A stretch of 64,000 bases of DNA. It comes from a bacterium (GTDB lineage: Bacteria; Desulfobacterota; DSWW01). Under the pieces are notes generated by a model. That model saw only the letters and a list, made by a program, of their open reading frames with translations. It made no database searches and had not been told where the DNA came from. Where the stretch lies: contig JBFLZG010000154.1 of the NCBI GenBank assembly GCA_040756235.1, forward strand, positions 35,046 through 99,045. Direction: 5' to 3'. Positions 30,073 to 40,656 of this stretch are shown here, piece after piece; positions within the stretch are counted from its first letter, which is position 1, and the number at the start of each line of letters is the position of its first letter. Both the position numbers and the translations under genes were made by a program.

Positions 30073-32733
30073 CTATCTGCCGCCGGAGGCGCGCCTCGCC
30101 TCCGCGGCCGGTTCGGCGGCCTCTTGGGGCGCGACCCGGAAGGCGAGCGCGCCCTGGACGGCCTCGACCTCCACCGTGGAGCGATCCGGGATCTCGCCGG
30201 CGAGGATCTTCCTGCCGAGCTTGGTCTCGATCTCCCGCTGCAGGAATCGTTTGAGCGGCCGCGCGCCGTAGACCGGGTCGTAGGCCTCGCGGGCGATGAG
30301 GTCCTTCGCCTCTTCCGAAAGCGCGAGCCGGACGGCGCGATCTTTCAGCCGAGCGCGGATCTGATCCAGCATGAGCTCGATGATTTGCTTGATCTCGGCC
30401 ATCGTGAGCGGCTTGAAGAGCACGATCTCGTCCACGCGGTTCAGGAACTCCGGACGGAAGCTGCTGCGCAGGGCCTGCATGACCTGGGTCTTCGCCTTTT
30501 CCTCGATCTCTCCCTGATCGTTCACCCCTTCCAGCAGATAGAGGCTCCCCACGTTCGAGGTCATGATGATGACCGCGTTCTTGAAATCGACCGTGCGGCC
30601 CTGGCCGTCCGTGAGCCGGCCGTCATCCATGATCTGCAGGAGCACGTTGAACACGTCCAGGTGGGCCTTCTCGATCTCATCGAAGAGGATGACGCAGTAA
30701 GGCCTTCGGCGCACCGCCTCGGTGAGCTGGCCTCCCTCCTCGTAGCCCACGTAGCCCGGAGGCGCCCCGATCAGCCGCGACACCGTGTGCTTTTCCATGT
30801 ACTCGGACATGTCGATCCGGATCATGTTCTCTTCCGTGTCGAACAGCGCCTCGGCCAGGGTGCGCGCCAACTCCGTCTTGCCCACACCGGTCGGCCCCAG
30901 GAAGATGAACGAGCCGATGGGCCGCTTCGGGTCCTTCAGGCCTGAGCGGGCGCGGAGCACGGCGTCCGCCACCGCCTGCACGGCTTCGTCCTGGCCCACG
31001 ACCCTGCGGTGCAGGATCTCGTCCAGCCGCAGGAGCTTCTCCCGCTCGCTCTCCATGATCCGGGTGACCGGGATGCCGGTCCACTTGGAAACGATCTCCG
31101 AGACCTCCTCCTCGGTCACCTCTTCCTTGAGCAGCTTCTTGCCCTTGCGGCTCTGCGCCATCTTCTCATCGATCTCCTGCAGGCGCCGCTCCAGCCCCTG
31201 GAGCTTGCCGTAGCGGAGCTCGGCCGCCTTGTTGAGATCGTACTGTCGCTCGGCCTGTTCGATCGCCCGCCGGGTCTCCTCGATCTCGGAGCGGAGAGCC
31301 TGGAGCTTCTGCAGCTCCGCCTTCTCGGCGTCCCACTGGGCTCTCATCCCGTCCGCCTTCTCCTTCAGGCCGGACAGCTCCTGATCCAGGTGCTCCCGCC
31401 TCTCCCGGGAGGCACGGTCCTTTTCCTTCTTCAGCGCCTCCTTCTCGATCTCGAGCTGCATGATCCGCCGGGTGGTCTCATCGAGCTCGCTCGGCAGCGA
31501 GTCGATGTCGGTCCGGATCATCGCCGCAGCTTCGTCGATGAGGTCGATCGCCTTGTCGGGCAGAAAGCGGTCGGTGATGTAGCGGTGGCTGAGGACTGCA
31601 GCCGCAACCAGCGCGCTGTCCCGGATGACGACGCCGTGGTGGACCTCGAAGCGCTCCTTGAGGCCCCGCAGGATGGAAACCGTGTCCTCCACCGAAGGCT
31701 CCTGCACCAGGACCGGCTGGAAACGACGCTCCAGGGCCGGGTCCTTCTCGACGTGCTTGCGGTACTCGTCGAGCGTGGTCGCGCCGATGCAGTGGAGCTC
31801 TCCGCGCGCCAACATCGGTTTGAGCAGGTTCCCTGCGTCCATCGACCCTTCGGCTCGGCCTGCGCCCACGATGTTGTGCAGCTCGTCAATGAAGAGCAGG
31901 ATGCGCCCCGCGCTCGTCTCGACCGCCTTGAGAACGGCCTTGAGCCTCTCTTCGAATTCGCCGCGGTACTTGGCCCCGGCCACCAGCGAGCCCAGATCGA
32001 GCTGGTAGATGGTCTTGTCCTTCAGACCTTCCGGCACGTCGCCCCGGACGACCCGTTGCGCCAGGCCTTCCACGATCGCCGTTTTGCCCACGCCGGCCTC
32101 GCCGATGAGCACCGGGTTGTTCTTGGTGCGGCGGGAAAGGATGCGGATCACCCGGCGGATCTCCCCGTCCCGTCCGATCACGGGATCGAGCTTTCCTTTC
32201 TGAGCCAGCTCGACCAGGTCCCGGCCGTAGAGCTTCAGGGGCTCGTAGGTCCCTTCGGGGGTGGCGCTGGTCACGCGCTGGCTGCCGCGGATCTCGGTCA
32301 GCGCCTTGAGAAACCGGTCGCGGGTGAGACCGAACTGCTGGAACAGCCGGCCCAGGAGCGTCTTGGGCCCTTCCTCCAGGAGAGCCAGCAGGACGTGCTC
32401 CGCGCTCGCGTAATCGTCTTTGAGGCGCTTCGCCTCCTCCTGTGCCCGGACGAGGATCTGATTCAGCCTGGGCGTCACGTAAATGCTGCCCGGCTGGGCG
32501 CCGGGTCCGGAAACCTTGGGCAAGGTGTCGAGCAGTCGTTCCAGAGCCGCCGCAAAGGCGTCGGTCGAAATGTCCATCCTTTCGAGGAACCGCGGGAGCA
32601 GGCCCTCGGGCTGCCGGAGCAAAGCCTGGAGCAGGTGTTCGGCGTCGACCTGCTGGTGCCCGTACTGGACCGCCAGGTTCTGAGCGTCGGACAACGCCTC
32701 CTGCACCTTCTGCGTGAATTGATTCAGGTTCAT
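30073..32733 (-). CDS. clpB: ATP-dependent chaperone ClpB
   Basis: [18 protein letters not shown], a coiled-coil M domain (AAELRYG), [15 protein letters not shown] and YGARPLKR. Upstream TTGACA-N16-TAACTT. Confidence 0.97.
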   Translation of the reverse strand: MNLNQFTQKVQEALSDAQNLAVQYGHQQVDAEHLLQALLRQPEGLLPRFLERMDISTDAFAAALERLLDTLPKVSGPGAQPGSIYVTPRLNQILVRAQEEAKRLKDDYASAEHVLLALLEEGPKTLLGRLFQQFGLTRDRFLKALTEIRGSQRVTSATPEGTYEPLKLYGRDLVELAQKGKLDPVIGRDGEIRRVIRILSRRTKNNPVLIGEAGVGKTAIVEGLAQRVVRGDVPEGLKDKTIYQLDLGSLVAGAKYRGEFEERLKAVLKAVETSAGRILLFIDELHNIVGAGRAEGSMDAGNLLKPMLARGELHCIGATTLDEYRKHVEKDPALERRFQPVLVQEPSVEDTVSILRGLKERFEVHHGVVIRDSALVAAAVLSHRYITDRFLPDKAIDLIDEAAAMIRTDIDSLPSELDETTRRIMQLEIEKEALKKEKDRASRERREHLDQELSGLKEKADGMRAQWDAEKAELQKLQALRSEIEETRRAIEQAERQYDLNKAAELRYGKLQGLERRLQEIDEKMAQSRKGKKLLKEEVTEEEVSEIVSKWTGIPVTRIMESEREKLLRLDEILHRRVVGQDEAVQAVADAVLRARSGLKDPKRPIGSFIFLGPTGVGKTELARTLAEALFDTEENMIRIDMSEYMEKHTVSRLIGAPPGYVGYEEGGQLTEAVRRRPYCVILFDEIEKAHLDVFNVLLQIMDDGRLTDGQGRTVDFKNAVIIMTSNVGSLYLLEGVNDQGEIEEKAKTQVMQALRSSFRPEFLNRVDEIVLFKPLTMAEIKQIIELMLDQIRARLKDRAVRLALSEEAKDLIAREAYDPVYGARPLKRFLQREIETKLGRKILAGEIPDRSTVEVEAVQGALAFRVAPQEAAEPAAEARRASGGR

Positions 32734-32893
32734 GAACATGCCCTCTTTCTCGATGTCATCTTCCTGCGCCAGCCAGGCGCCCGGGCCGCAATGACTTTCG
32801 TTGCGCGGTCCAGCGCTTACCGGCATCTTCGTGAGGGAAGTTAAGCACTTGGCAGGGCATGTCAAGAGAAGTGCGGCGGCGGCGGGAAAGTGA

Positions 32894-34453
32894 CTACGCG
32901 GGAGCAGGCTCACTCAGCACCGGAAGGTCGTCGAACTCCCGCGCCGCATCGTTCCAACGAGACAAGCGGGCCTGGCCGCTTTCGACGAGCAGAACGGGAA
33001 AGTGGACCTGCGGCCGGACCACGCGATGTTCCGCGTCCAGGACCGGCGTCCAGGTCCCGGTGTTGAAGTACCAGGTGTTGCGGCCCGGGACCCTCCAGAT
33101 GTCCTCCTGATGGGAATGGCCGAAAGCGATGTACGGCACGTTTAGCAGGTGGGCAATCCGGGCCGCCCCCGCGCGGAGCACTCCGGGCTCGGCCTCCCGA
33201 TAGGAGGCTCCCTCGCGGGTCGGCTTGAGGGAGAAGAGGATCCACAGGAGTCCGACGAAGATGAATCCGTAGGCGGTGACGAGGGAGAGGGTGGTCCGCA
33301 GCAACAGATTCAGGGGCGAGTGGGCGATCCACTCAGACAGGAAGCTCCAGAAGAAGCTCAGCAGGAAGAGACCCCCGATCGCGGTACCGACCTTGCGCAG
33401 AGGCTTCTTGAGCGCATGGCTCAGGAATTCGCTCCTGCTGTCGTGGGCAGGGGGCTGATGGAAGCCGGCAATCTCCTGGAACAACTTCGGGTTCCCGTAC
33501 TCCTCTCCGGTCTCCCGAACCAGTCGCCAATGGTGGTCCCGGATCTCGCGGTAGCGGCCGCCTTCCCGGTGACTTACCTTCCGAATGGTCCGGAAGAAAT
33601 AGGGGAGGTAGTTCTTGACTACGTTCCACACCACGTAGAACTGCCTGCCCCAGAGGGTCGAAAAATAGGAGGCCGGGTGCAGATAATTCGGCGCCGTGGC
33701 GTCCTGGGATTCGAGCTTGTTGAAGAAGTAGCGGGTGAAAAAGGAGCCGAACGGCAGGTCGATCTCGTATCGATCGATCGGAGAGTCCGGGTCGAGCAGC
33801 AAAGGATAGAGGAAATGGCGAAAGGCGTTGACCGGGTCATACTGGTTCCCGTGCTCCACGTAGAGCAGGTCCTTCACGTAGTAGACCCAGGGCCGGATCT
33901 CGATGCGATCCAGGGCGGAGGAGATCTCGGGTTCGGTCAGGCTCTGCCGCGAGCCTTCCTCGCGCAGAAACCCCTCCATGGACTCGAGGAACCGGTATCG
34001 GACCTCGGGCCAGAGCCAGTTGACGTCGTGGTTGCCCTTGACGATGACGAGGCGATGTCCTGCCAGGAGAAATCGGGCAAGCCCGCGGAAAAAGACCGGA
34101 TGGCCCGCGAGGACTCGCTCCAGTTGCCACTTGGATTCGGCAGGGGAGGTCCCCAGGCCGTACTTCTGCTTGGTCGGCGAAATCGAAGGGAACCCCTTCG
34201 GAATGGCAGCGGGCTGCGGAATGGAAGTGACCCTGAGGAAATCGATGCAGTCGCCGTTGATGATGAGGATCCTGGGGCGCCCTCTGTCCCGGGCCAGGTC
34301 TCGCAGCCGGCTGAGCATGCGCTCGAACGCCTCGTCGGAGAAGAAGTTCTCCCAGCGGGAGATCCTCCCGGTCTCCGGGTTCTTGCCCTCGGCGAGGTGC
34401 AGATCGCTCACGATCGCGTAGTCGAAGGGCGTGTCAGCCGTGTCGGGTCGCAT
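32894..34453 (-). CDS. Calcineurin-like metallophosphoesterase (LpxH-like) with two inserted TM helices
   Basis: SDLH, NGDCIDF, GNHD, EHG, FGHSH and NTGTW motifs; a hydrophobic hairpin precedes the last motifs. Confidence 0.85.
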   Translation of the reverse strand: MRPDTADTPFDYAIVSDLHLAEGKNPETGRISRWENFFSDEAFERMLSRLRDLARDRGRPRILIINGDCIDFLRVTSIPQPAAIPKGFPSISPTKQKYGLGTSPAESKWQLERVLAGHPVFFRGLARFLLAGHRLVIVKGNHDVNWLWPEVRYRFLESMEGFLREEGSRQSLTEPEISSALDRIEIRPWVYYVKDLLYVEHGNQYDPVNAFRHFLYPLLLDPDSPIDRYEIDLPFGSFFTRYFFNKLESQDATAPNYLHPASYFSTLWGRQFYVVWNVVKNYLPYFFRTIRKVSHREGGRYREIRDHHWRLVRETGEEYGNPKLFQEIAGFHQPPAHDSRSEFLSHALKKPLRKVGTAIGGLFLLSFFWSFLSEWIAHSPLNLLLRTTLSLVTAYGFIFVGLLWILFSLKPTREGASYREAEPGVLRAGAARIAHLLNVPYIAFGHSHQEDIWRVPGRNTWYFNTGTWTPVLDAEHRVVRPQVHFPVLLVESGQARLSRWNDAAREFDDLPVLSEPAPA

Positions 34454-34629
34454 CCGTACAATCCCTGCCGGTGCGTTGGAGCGTCGGCTGCCAAGATAGA
34501 CCAAGATCCTCGAGCGATGCAAAGCGGCGCCGAGGGCCGGAAGCCTGCGTTATTCGCTGGCTCCTGGACAAGCGGTCAGGAATATCTTTAAATATGGATC
34601 ATTCGGGGATCTTGCCGGCTCGGCGGATC

Positions 34630-34656
34630 GGAACTTTTCCCGGGGCGTCGGGTCTA
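34630..34656 (+). promoter_or_regulatory. ECF (sigmaE-type) autoregulatory promoter
   Basis: GGAACTT-N15-GTCTA upstream of the ECF sigma gene. Confidence 0.75.
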
Positions 34657-34727
34657 TTTTGTTGACTTTGGCAGCCGCGGACAGCCGCGCGGCGGCAGCC
34701 GAGCCTGGCATCAGAAAAGGCTTCAAG

Positions 34728-35312
34728 TTGCCAAACTCAGACGAGCTGCTTGTCATCCGGTGCCAGGAAGGTGACAAGAGCGCCTTTGAACTCTTATTCA
34801 AGAAGTACCAGCGCAGGATATACCATTTGATCTACCGCATCACCCAGGACCCTGGTGCGGTCGAGCCTTTGGCGCAGGAGGTTTTTCTCAAGGCGTATCG
34901 GGCGATCCACTCCTTCCGCAGAAACTCACAATTCTACACCTGGCTCTACCGAATTGCGGTCAACACAAGTCTCAGCTACGTCAAACGCGATACTCCGGAG
35001 GAAAGCCGGGAGCAGCACCCGCTCGACATCGGCACCTTGTCGGCGCAGGAAGGGGTGACCGCGGCAACGGCCGGCACGCCCGAGCAGGAGGTCATGCGCA
35101 AGGAGTTCTACGAGCACGTGCTGGATGCCGTCCGTCAGCTGCCTGAAGAGTTGAGAGTGGCGATCGTGCTCAGGGAGTTCGTGGGGCTCAATTACGAGGA
35201 GATTGCGGAAGTCATTCAGATTCCTCTCGGGACGGTGCGGTCCAGGATTTTCAGAGGACGGGCCAGGCTCCGGGAGTCGCTGGCGTCTTACGTTCAACTG
35301 GAGCAGCAGTGA
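34728..35312 (+). CDS. rpoE: ECF RNA polymerase sigma factor (RpoE/AlgU-like)
   Basis: GDKSAFELL, AQEVFLKAY, FYTWLYRIAVN and GLNYEEIAE...PLGTVRSRIFR motifs; TTG start inferred. Confidence 0.9.
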   Translation: MPNSDELLVIRCQEGDKSAFELLFKKYQRRIYHLIYRITQDPGAVEPLAQEVFLKAYRAIHSFRRNSQFYTWLYRIAVNTSLSYVKRDTPEESREQHPLDIGTLSAQEGVTAATAGTPEQEVMRKEFYEHVLDAVRQLPEELRVAIVLREFVGLNYEEIAEVIQIPLGTVRSRIFRGRARLRESLASYVQLEQQ

Positions 35313-35382
35313 ACAAGGGGGGGCGACTGAGTGTGAGGATCCTCATCTGACCTGAATGTGACCCCAATATCGGAGCTCGGCT

Positions 35383-36054
35383 ATGAAATGTTTGAAATAC
35401 GCTCCCTTGCTTTCACGCTACATGGATGACGATCTCGCCGCCTCGGAGACGGATGATGTCGTCGTTCATGTTTCGTCTTGCCTACACTGCCGGGAGGAGC
35501 TCGAAGCCCTGTATCGTCTCCGGGCATGGTTGCATGCAGCCGACGCCGGCAACGAAGTCCTGCAGTTCGTGCGGTTCAGAGATCTCCGCTTCGACTTCGA
35601 CAGGGCGGAGCCGTTCGGGTCGACGAATCCGGAAGCCGGTACGGAGGAATCCGAGGACTCCCGGCATCCGAGAGGACCGTCGAAGTGGAACCTGCAGGAG
35701 GACAAGACGAGGAAGCCGCCTGGCAAGATCGGGCTCTTGCGCAAGAGACCTGCGTGGAAATGGATGCCCTTCCAGGCGCCGGCAGCGGTCTGGCGTTTGG
35801 CGCTGCCGCTGCTGGTGCTCGCGGCCATCGTAGTGCTCTGGAGGCAGGACGATTGGATGAAGATCGCTCGGGACCGCAAGGTCGACGTGGGCGAGTTGCA
35901 GGTCATTGCGGACTCGAGGCTGCCTGCTCCGGCGAAGGATCAGGATGCGGGTGAGCTGGAGCTCTACCTCTATGAACATGCGTCCCAGCAGCCGTGGGCA
36001 CGCTATGGAGATGAGTTGCCGATGATTCAGCTTGCCTCGGATCCGAATCCATGA
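35383..36054 (+). CDS. Zinc-binding (ZAS) transmembrane anti-sigma factor
   Basis: MKC...LSRYMD...HVSSCLHC (HxxxCxxC), one TM helix and a C-terminal YLYEH. Confidence 0.85.
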   Translation: MKCLKYAPLLSRYMDDDLAASETDDVVVHVSSCLHCREELEALYRLRAWLHAADAGNEVLQFVRFRDLRFDFDRAEPFGSTNPEAGTEESEDSRHPRGPSKWNLQEDKTRKPPGKIGLLRKRPAWKWMPFQAPAAVWRLALPLLVLAAIVVLWRQDDWMKIARDRKVDVGELQVIADSRLPAPAKDQDAGELELYLYEHASQQPWARYGDELPMIQLASDPNP

Positions 36055-37166
36055 ACGGGCCCGCCCGCATGATCCGCCCGGCCCTGAAGACTCTTTTCAT
36101 TCTGGTCCTGGGAGGTCTCGCCTCCGGGGCGTGGGGGCAGGAAGCGCCTTCGTCCACCCAATCCTCCGAGCTCGATCGCCTGCTCAGAGAGATCCAGGCG
36201 GCGAGGACCAAGGTCCGTTACCAGGCCGAACAGGTCGTTTACGTATTCACGATGCACAAGACGGCCGTCTCCCGCTTTCAGGTGCTGTATGCTTATCCTT
36301 ACCTGAAGTGTGAATCCACCGGCGACCGGCCGGAAGCTCACGTGCTGATCCTGGAAGACGGAAAGCACCTGTGGCGATATCTGATCAACAGGAAGATCGT
36401 GGTCAAGGAGCCGCTGCGGGAAGGGGTGGACGAATTCTTTGCGAGAGACCTTCCCGAGAACCTGAGCCTCATTCGGAAGAACTATGACTTCGTGATCCGA
36501 GGCCCGGTCCCCGTGAACGACGATCAGTGCCGCATCATCGAGTTCATCCCGAAGTGGCAGGACCGTCCGCGTCGGGAAATCTGGCTCGAAGAGAAGCGGA
36601 TGGTCCCGGTCCGAGTGCGCGTCTCTTTGCCGGACGGCAGAACCTCCTACATGTCGGAGATGAGAAGGATCTGCTGGGACCCCGAGATCAAGCCGGATTC
36701 TTTTGAGCTGAAGGTTGCTGAAGACACGCGGGTCTACGAAATCCAGGAGCAGGCCGAGCTCACTCTGGAAAAGGCTCAGCGCATCCTCAAACGGCCCATC
36801 CAGCTCCCCAAGTTTGTTCCTCCCGGTTACGTGCCGTACAACATCGTCTTCCGGTCAGGGGGCCCGCGCAAGCGCCTCCAGATCGTCTATGCGGACGGCC
36901 TCAGCAGCTTCTCCATTTTCCTGGAGTGGATGGACCGGCCACAGCAGAGAACGGCGCCGCCGTCCTCGGACTCGGGAACCCTCGCCTCGGGTCCGGAACA
37001 GGGCCCGCGCATCCAGCGCTTCGGTTTGATCAACGTGCTCACGCTGGAAGTTCGCGGCCAGAGGAGAATCGTGGTCGGCGACATGCAGGAGGAAAAGCTC
37101 CTGGAGACCGCCAATTCCCTTTCGGATGCGCCGCCTGCGCCGTCTGCGTCTCCTTCTTCCCCTTAG
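36051..37166 (+). CDS. MucB/RseB-like periplasmic sigmaE regulator (LolA-like fold)
   Basis: Signal peptide; NY.F...CRIIEF.PK...REIWLE, PKFVPPGY and YADGLSSFSIF (RseB-like YSDGL.SFSV) motifs. Confidence 0.82.
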   Translation: MNGPARMIRPALKTLFILVLGGLASGAWGQEAPSSTQSSELDRLLREIQAARTKVRYQAEQVVYVFTMHKTAVSRFQVLYAYPYLKCESTGDRPEAHVLILEDGKHLWRYLINRKIVVKEPLREGVDEFFARDLPENLSLIRKNYDFVIRGPVPVNDDQCRIIEFIPKWQDRPRREIWLEEKRMVPVRVRVSLPDGRTSYMSEMRRICWDPEIKPDSFELKVAEDTRVYEIQEQAELTLEKAQRILKRPIQLPKFVPPGYVPYNIVFRSGGPRKRLQIVYADGLSSFSIFLEWMDRPQQRTAPPSSDSGTLASGPEQGPRIQRFGLINVLTLEVRGQRRIVVGDMQEEKLLETANSLSDAPPAPSASPSSP

Positions 37167-37230
37167 GCTGCTTCACGTCTTCCGCAGGCTCGAGGGGCAG
37201 GATTCCCGCGCCCGGGCTTTGTCATGCTTC

Positions 37231-37274
37231 GTCATCCCAGCCCATCTGCGTAGCGCGTGCGAGCCGGGATCCAG
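37231..37274. repeat. RPE-like palindrome, same family as 3600-3647 and 29936-29980 (inverted)
   Basis: GTCATCCCAGCCCATCTGCGTAGCGCGTGCGAGCCGGGATCCAG is near the reverse complement of 29936-29979. Confidence 0.75.
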
Positions 37275-37596
37275 AATTCTGCTATCGCAACCACCGGGCA
37301 TCGCGCGGTTGCAGAGATCTCCTGCCGCTCGGCTTTCCTTTCGCGTGCGCCCCCGGGCAACCGTCCGTGCAGGACCTGGTCCTCAGCTGCAATGGATCGG
37401 CCGCTTCCTTTGTCCGACCGGTGCTGAGCCGAGGAGAGCTCAGGCTGTTCTGGCGCCGCCTTCCTCTGGCTTCACCTTCCTTGACGCAGAGAAGGGATTG
37501 GATTAACGTCCTCTGGATTTTTCCCCTGCAAGGCAGCGGCATTTCGCCAGGCGGCAGCAGCCGGCCGGCGACTCTGTCAGACAACGGGAGGCCTTC

Positions 37597-38673
37597 TTGG
37601 AGCGTATCGCTTTTCTGGAGTCTCTCTCCTCGGCTTTCGGCGTCTCCGGAGCGGAAGGCGAGGTCATGGCCATCCTCGACGGGCAGCTCAAGAAGAAGTT
37701 TGCCGGCACTCGGGATCGCCTGGGAAACCGGGTGTACACCAAGGCGGGCGGCAGCGAATCACCCAGCATCCTACTCGCCGCTCACGCGGACGAGATCGGG
37801 TTCACCGTTCAAGCCGTTCATGCGCGGGGATATCTCTCGTTTCTGCCCGTGGGGTCCTGGAACCCTTTGTGTGCCGTCGGCATGCCGGTGCGCGTCAAGG
37901 GGAAGAAGGGGCTGGTGGAGGGCGTGATTGGAAGCGTTCCGCCTCACCATCAGCCAAAGGGAGGCGGCGGAGCCGTACCGGAGTGGCAGGACCTCTGGAT
38001 CGATCTCGGGGCCAGAGACGCACAGGAGGTCCGGGATGTCTTCGGCGTCCGCCCTGGAGACATGATCGTGCCTGCGGTCACCTTCCGATCTCTTGCGGAC
38101 GGCCGCACGCTGATGGGCAAGGCTTGGGACGATCGAATCGGGTGTGCCGTCATGGCCGAAGCGCTGCTTCGGCTGGAGAGCGGGAAGCGGGGCCATCCCA
38201 ACTCGATCTGCGCGGTGGCGACCGTGCAGGAGGAAGTAGGTTCCAGGGGCGCCATGGCGGTTGCCGATCGGATCGAGGCCGACGCGGCCCTGATCCTCGA
38301 AGGAGCTCCTGCGGACGACTTCCCCTCTGCGGCCGACTGGCAGGCGCAGGCGCGCATGGGCCGGGGGGTGCAGATCCGAAGTTACGATCCCAGCATGATC
38401 GCCAGCCCCGGCTTGCGTGACTTCCTGGTCGGTCTTGCCGAGAAGGAACGGATCCCCTGGCAGGTCGCCGTCAGGAGGAGCGGGGGCACGGACGGGGGGG
38501 CCCTGCACAAGGCCGGGCAGGGGGTGCCGACCGTGGTGTTGGCCGTGCCGGTCCGGTACGCCCACAATGCGGTCGGATATATCGACCTGGGCGACTACGA
38601 AGCCTGTCTGCGGCTCGTCTGTGCGGCCTGCCGGCAGCTTTCCGGCCAAGTGCTGGAGGCCATTCTGGACTGA
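37597..38673 (+). CDS. M42 family aminopeptidase
   Basis: GVSGAE, AHADEIG, KAWDDRIG, TVQEEVGSRGA, GGTDGG and PVRYAH motifs. Confidence 0.92.
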   Translation: MERIAFLESLSSAFGVSGAEGEVMAILDGQLKKKFAGTRDRLGNRVYTKAGGSESPSILLAAHADEIGFTVQAVHARGYLSFLPVGSWNPLCAVGMPVRVKGKKGLVEGVIGSVPPHHQPKGGGGAVPEWQDLWIDLGARDAQEVRDVFGVRPGDMIVPAVTFRSLADGRTLMGKAWDDRIGCAVMAEALLRLESGKRGHPNSICAVATVQEEVGSRGAMAVADRIEADAALILEGAPADDFPSAADWQAQARMGRGVQIRSYDPSMIASPGLRDFLVGLAEKERIPWQVAVRRSGGTDGGALHKAGQGVPTVVLAVPVRYAHNAVGYIDLGDYEACLRLVCAACRQLSGQVLEAILD

Positions 38674-38904
38674 CACAGACCGGCCCAAACGCTTCCGGGC
38701 CGGCCGGCTTCCGGAAGTCGCGCATTTTCGCCTGTTGACAGATGACGACTATTGTTTTAGATAGTGCCTGAAAGGTGGGTATCACATAAACCCATCTTGC
38801 GAGCGGATGGTTCGAGCTTTTTTGCATGCAATCTGGAGCTGCCCGAAAAAGCGCGAGTGTCGGGCACCCATTTGCGCACCAGGATCGCTTGGGGGGAAGG
38901 GGTC

Positions 38905-39525
38905 ATGACGGTAGCGAAGTCGGATGTGGTCTTGGGGACTCGGAACCACGGCAAGATAGCGGAACTGCGCTCGCTCCTGAAGGGTATGCCTCTGCGAGTC
39001 CTCTCATTCCTCGATTTTCCGGACCTCCCCGTCATCGATGAGGACGGAAAGAGCTTTCGTCAGAACGCCGAGAAGAAGGCCAAGGCGATCGCCAAGGCGG
39101 TGGGCCGGATTGCGATTGCGGACGACTCCGGGTTGGAGGTGGATTGGCTGAATGGCGCACCGGGCATCTGGAGCGCGCGGTTTGCAGGGGAAGGAGCCAC
39201 GGATCGTGACAATGCCCGGAAGCTCTTGAAGCTGCTGGACGGGGTGCCCTGGGAAAAGAGATGCGGACGGTTCGTATGCGTGATCTGCGCGGCCGACCCG
39301 AAGGGCAAGACCGTCTCCGCCGAGGGGGTGTGCCGGGGAAAGGTCAGCTTCGAGATGCGGGGCACCCATGGGTTCGGCTACGATCCGGTGTTCGTTCCGA
39401 ACGGTTATCGAACGACCATGGCAGAGATGGACGCGGCGCTGAAGAATCGCATCAGTCACCGCGCGGACGCGATGAACAAGTTCCGGGAGGTTTTCAGAGA
39501 GTTCATCGAGCTGTACAAGAGATAG
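38905..39525 (+). CDS. rdgB: Non-canonical purine NTP (XTP/dITP) pyrophosphatase
   Basis: [30 protein letters not shown] and KNRISHR motifs. Confidence 0.95.
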   Translation: MTVAKSDVVLGTRNHGKIAELRSLLKGMPLRVLSFLDFPDLPVIDEDGKSFRQNAEKKAKAIAKAVGRIAIADDSGLEVDWLNGAPGIWSARFAGEGATDRDNARKLLKLLDGVPWEKRCGRFVCVICAADPKGKTVSAEGVCRGKVSFEMRGTHGFGYDPVFVPNGYRTTMAEMDAALKNRISHRADAMNKFREVFREFIELYKR

Positions 39526-39679
39526 CCGCACAAGAAAGAAGGTGCTGCCCGACCTGTCCTTCCCATGCCCGCCAGACGCCATCCGGCCGGCCGTGCCGGA
39601 AAGCCTGGCAGGCGCCTGCTCTGCTTGAATCTTCGCCGGCTTTGTGTTAAGCAAGTGGGAGTCTCCGAATCCATATCGG

Positions 39680-39756
<77 letters not shown>

Positions 39757-39816
39757 CGGAACAAAGGCAGGGCATACGGGGACAAGCGTCCTACGAGGAG
39801 ACGGGGGCTCGGATGA

Positions 39817-39893
39817 GCGCCTGTAGCTCAGTTGGATAGAGCAACGGATTTCTAATCCGTAGGTCGCAGGTTCGAGTCCTGCCAGGCGTACCA
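39817..39893 (+). tRNA. tRNA-Arg(TCT)
   Basis: Anticodon arm ACGGA-TT-TCT-AA-TCCGT; CCA end. Confidence 0.97.
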
Positions 39894-39965
39894 AAGGCGA
39901 TGTGCATGGAGGGAGAAGGGAATCTCTCTCGGGTTCGCAAGTTGCGGTAATGGGACCGCGCGGAT

Positions 39966-40043
39966 GGTGGGTGTAGCTCAGCTGGTTAGAGCACTGGGTT
40001 GTGGCCCCAGAGGTCGAGGGTTCGAATCCCTTCACTCACCCCA
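39966..40043 (+). tRNA. tRNA-His(GTG)
   Basis: Anticodon arm CTGGG-TT-GTG-GC-CCCAG; G-1 encoded; C73 and CCA end. Confidence 0.97.
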
Positions 40044-40062
40044 GTCGATAAATGTCGATTAT

Positions 40063-40139
40063 GCGCCCGTAGCTCAGCCGGATAGAGCGTCGGACTTCGA
40101 ATCCGCAGGCCGCAGGTTCGAGTCCTGCCGGGCGCGCCA
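40063..40139 (+). tRNA. tRNA-Arg(TCG)
   Basis: Anticodon arm (T)CGGA-CT-TCG-AA-TCCG(C); CCA end. Confidence 0.95.
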
Positions 40140-40209
40140 ATTCTGAATCCAACCTCCACGCATCGAAACGTGCGGCTCTCCAGGACGGTTGGGCGCGAAG
40201 CGATTGACG

Positions 40210-40285
40210 GGGCCGTTAGCTCAACTGGTAGAGCAACTGACTCTTAATCAGTAGGTTCGGAGTTCGAGTCTCCGACGGCCCACCA
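40210..40285 (+). tRNA. tRNA-Lys(CTT)
   Basis: Anticodon arm CTGA-CT-CTT-AA-TCAG; CCA end. Confidence 0.97.
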
Positions 40286-40293
40286 GTAAAAAC

Positions 40294-40325
40294 AAGGGGT
40301 TAGGTCATCTGGCCTAGCCCTTTCG
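40294..40325 (+). terminator. Hairpin terminator after the tRNA cluster
   Basis: GGGTTAGGTCA-TC-TGGCCTAGCCC followed by TTTCGTT. Confidence 0.7.
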
Positions 40326-40627
40326 TTCTTGAGGGGTAGCAGGAGGATTCATTTCGGGATCGAATGGGGGATGGACGGCATCAGGGAGACCCGGGGATAA
40401 CCACCGACTCGATCACCACACCGAAACCCTATCCCATACCGAATCGGCGAGCACTGTTCAGGTGCTGACGCACACCCCTGCGCTCACGCACGAGGGGTGG
40501 TTGCTGGATCCTATCCCCAATGGTTGCCCAAAAGTAGGATTCTTCTTCTCCTCGGTTTCGCACGTCGGTGATCTCCCACGAATCAAACAACGGCTATTCT
40601 GATAGAGATTCGGATGAAGAGCGGAAA

Positions 40628-40643
40628 GGGCACGATTGTTGCT
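40628..40643 (+). promoter_or_regulatory. Sigma54-like promoter
   Basis: GGGCAC-GATTG-TTGCT with correctly spaced GG/GC, upstream of the NTF2 gene. Confidence 0.5.
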
Positions 40644-40656
40644 GTCTTCTCGCAGC

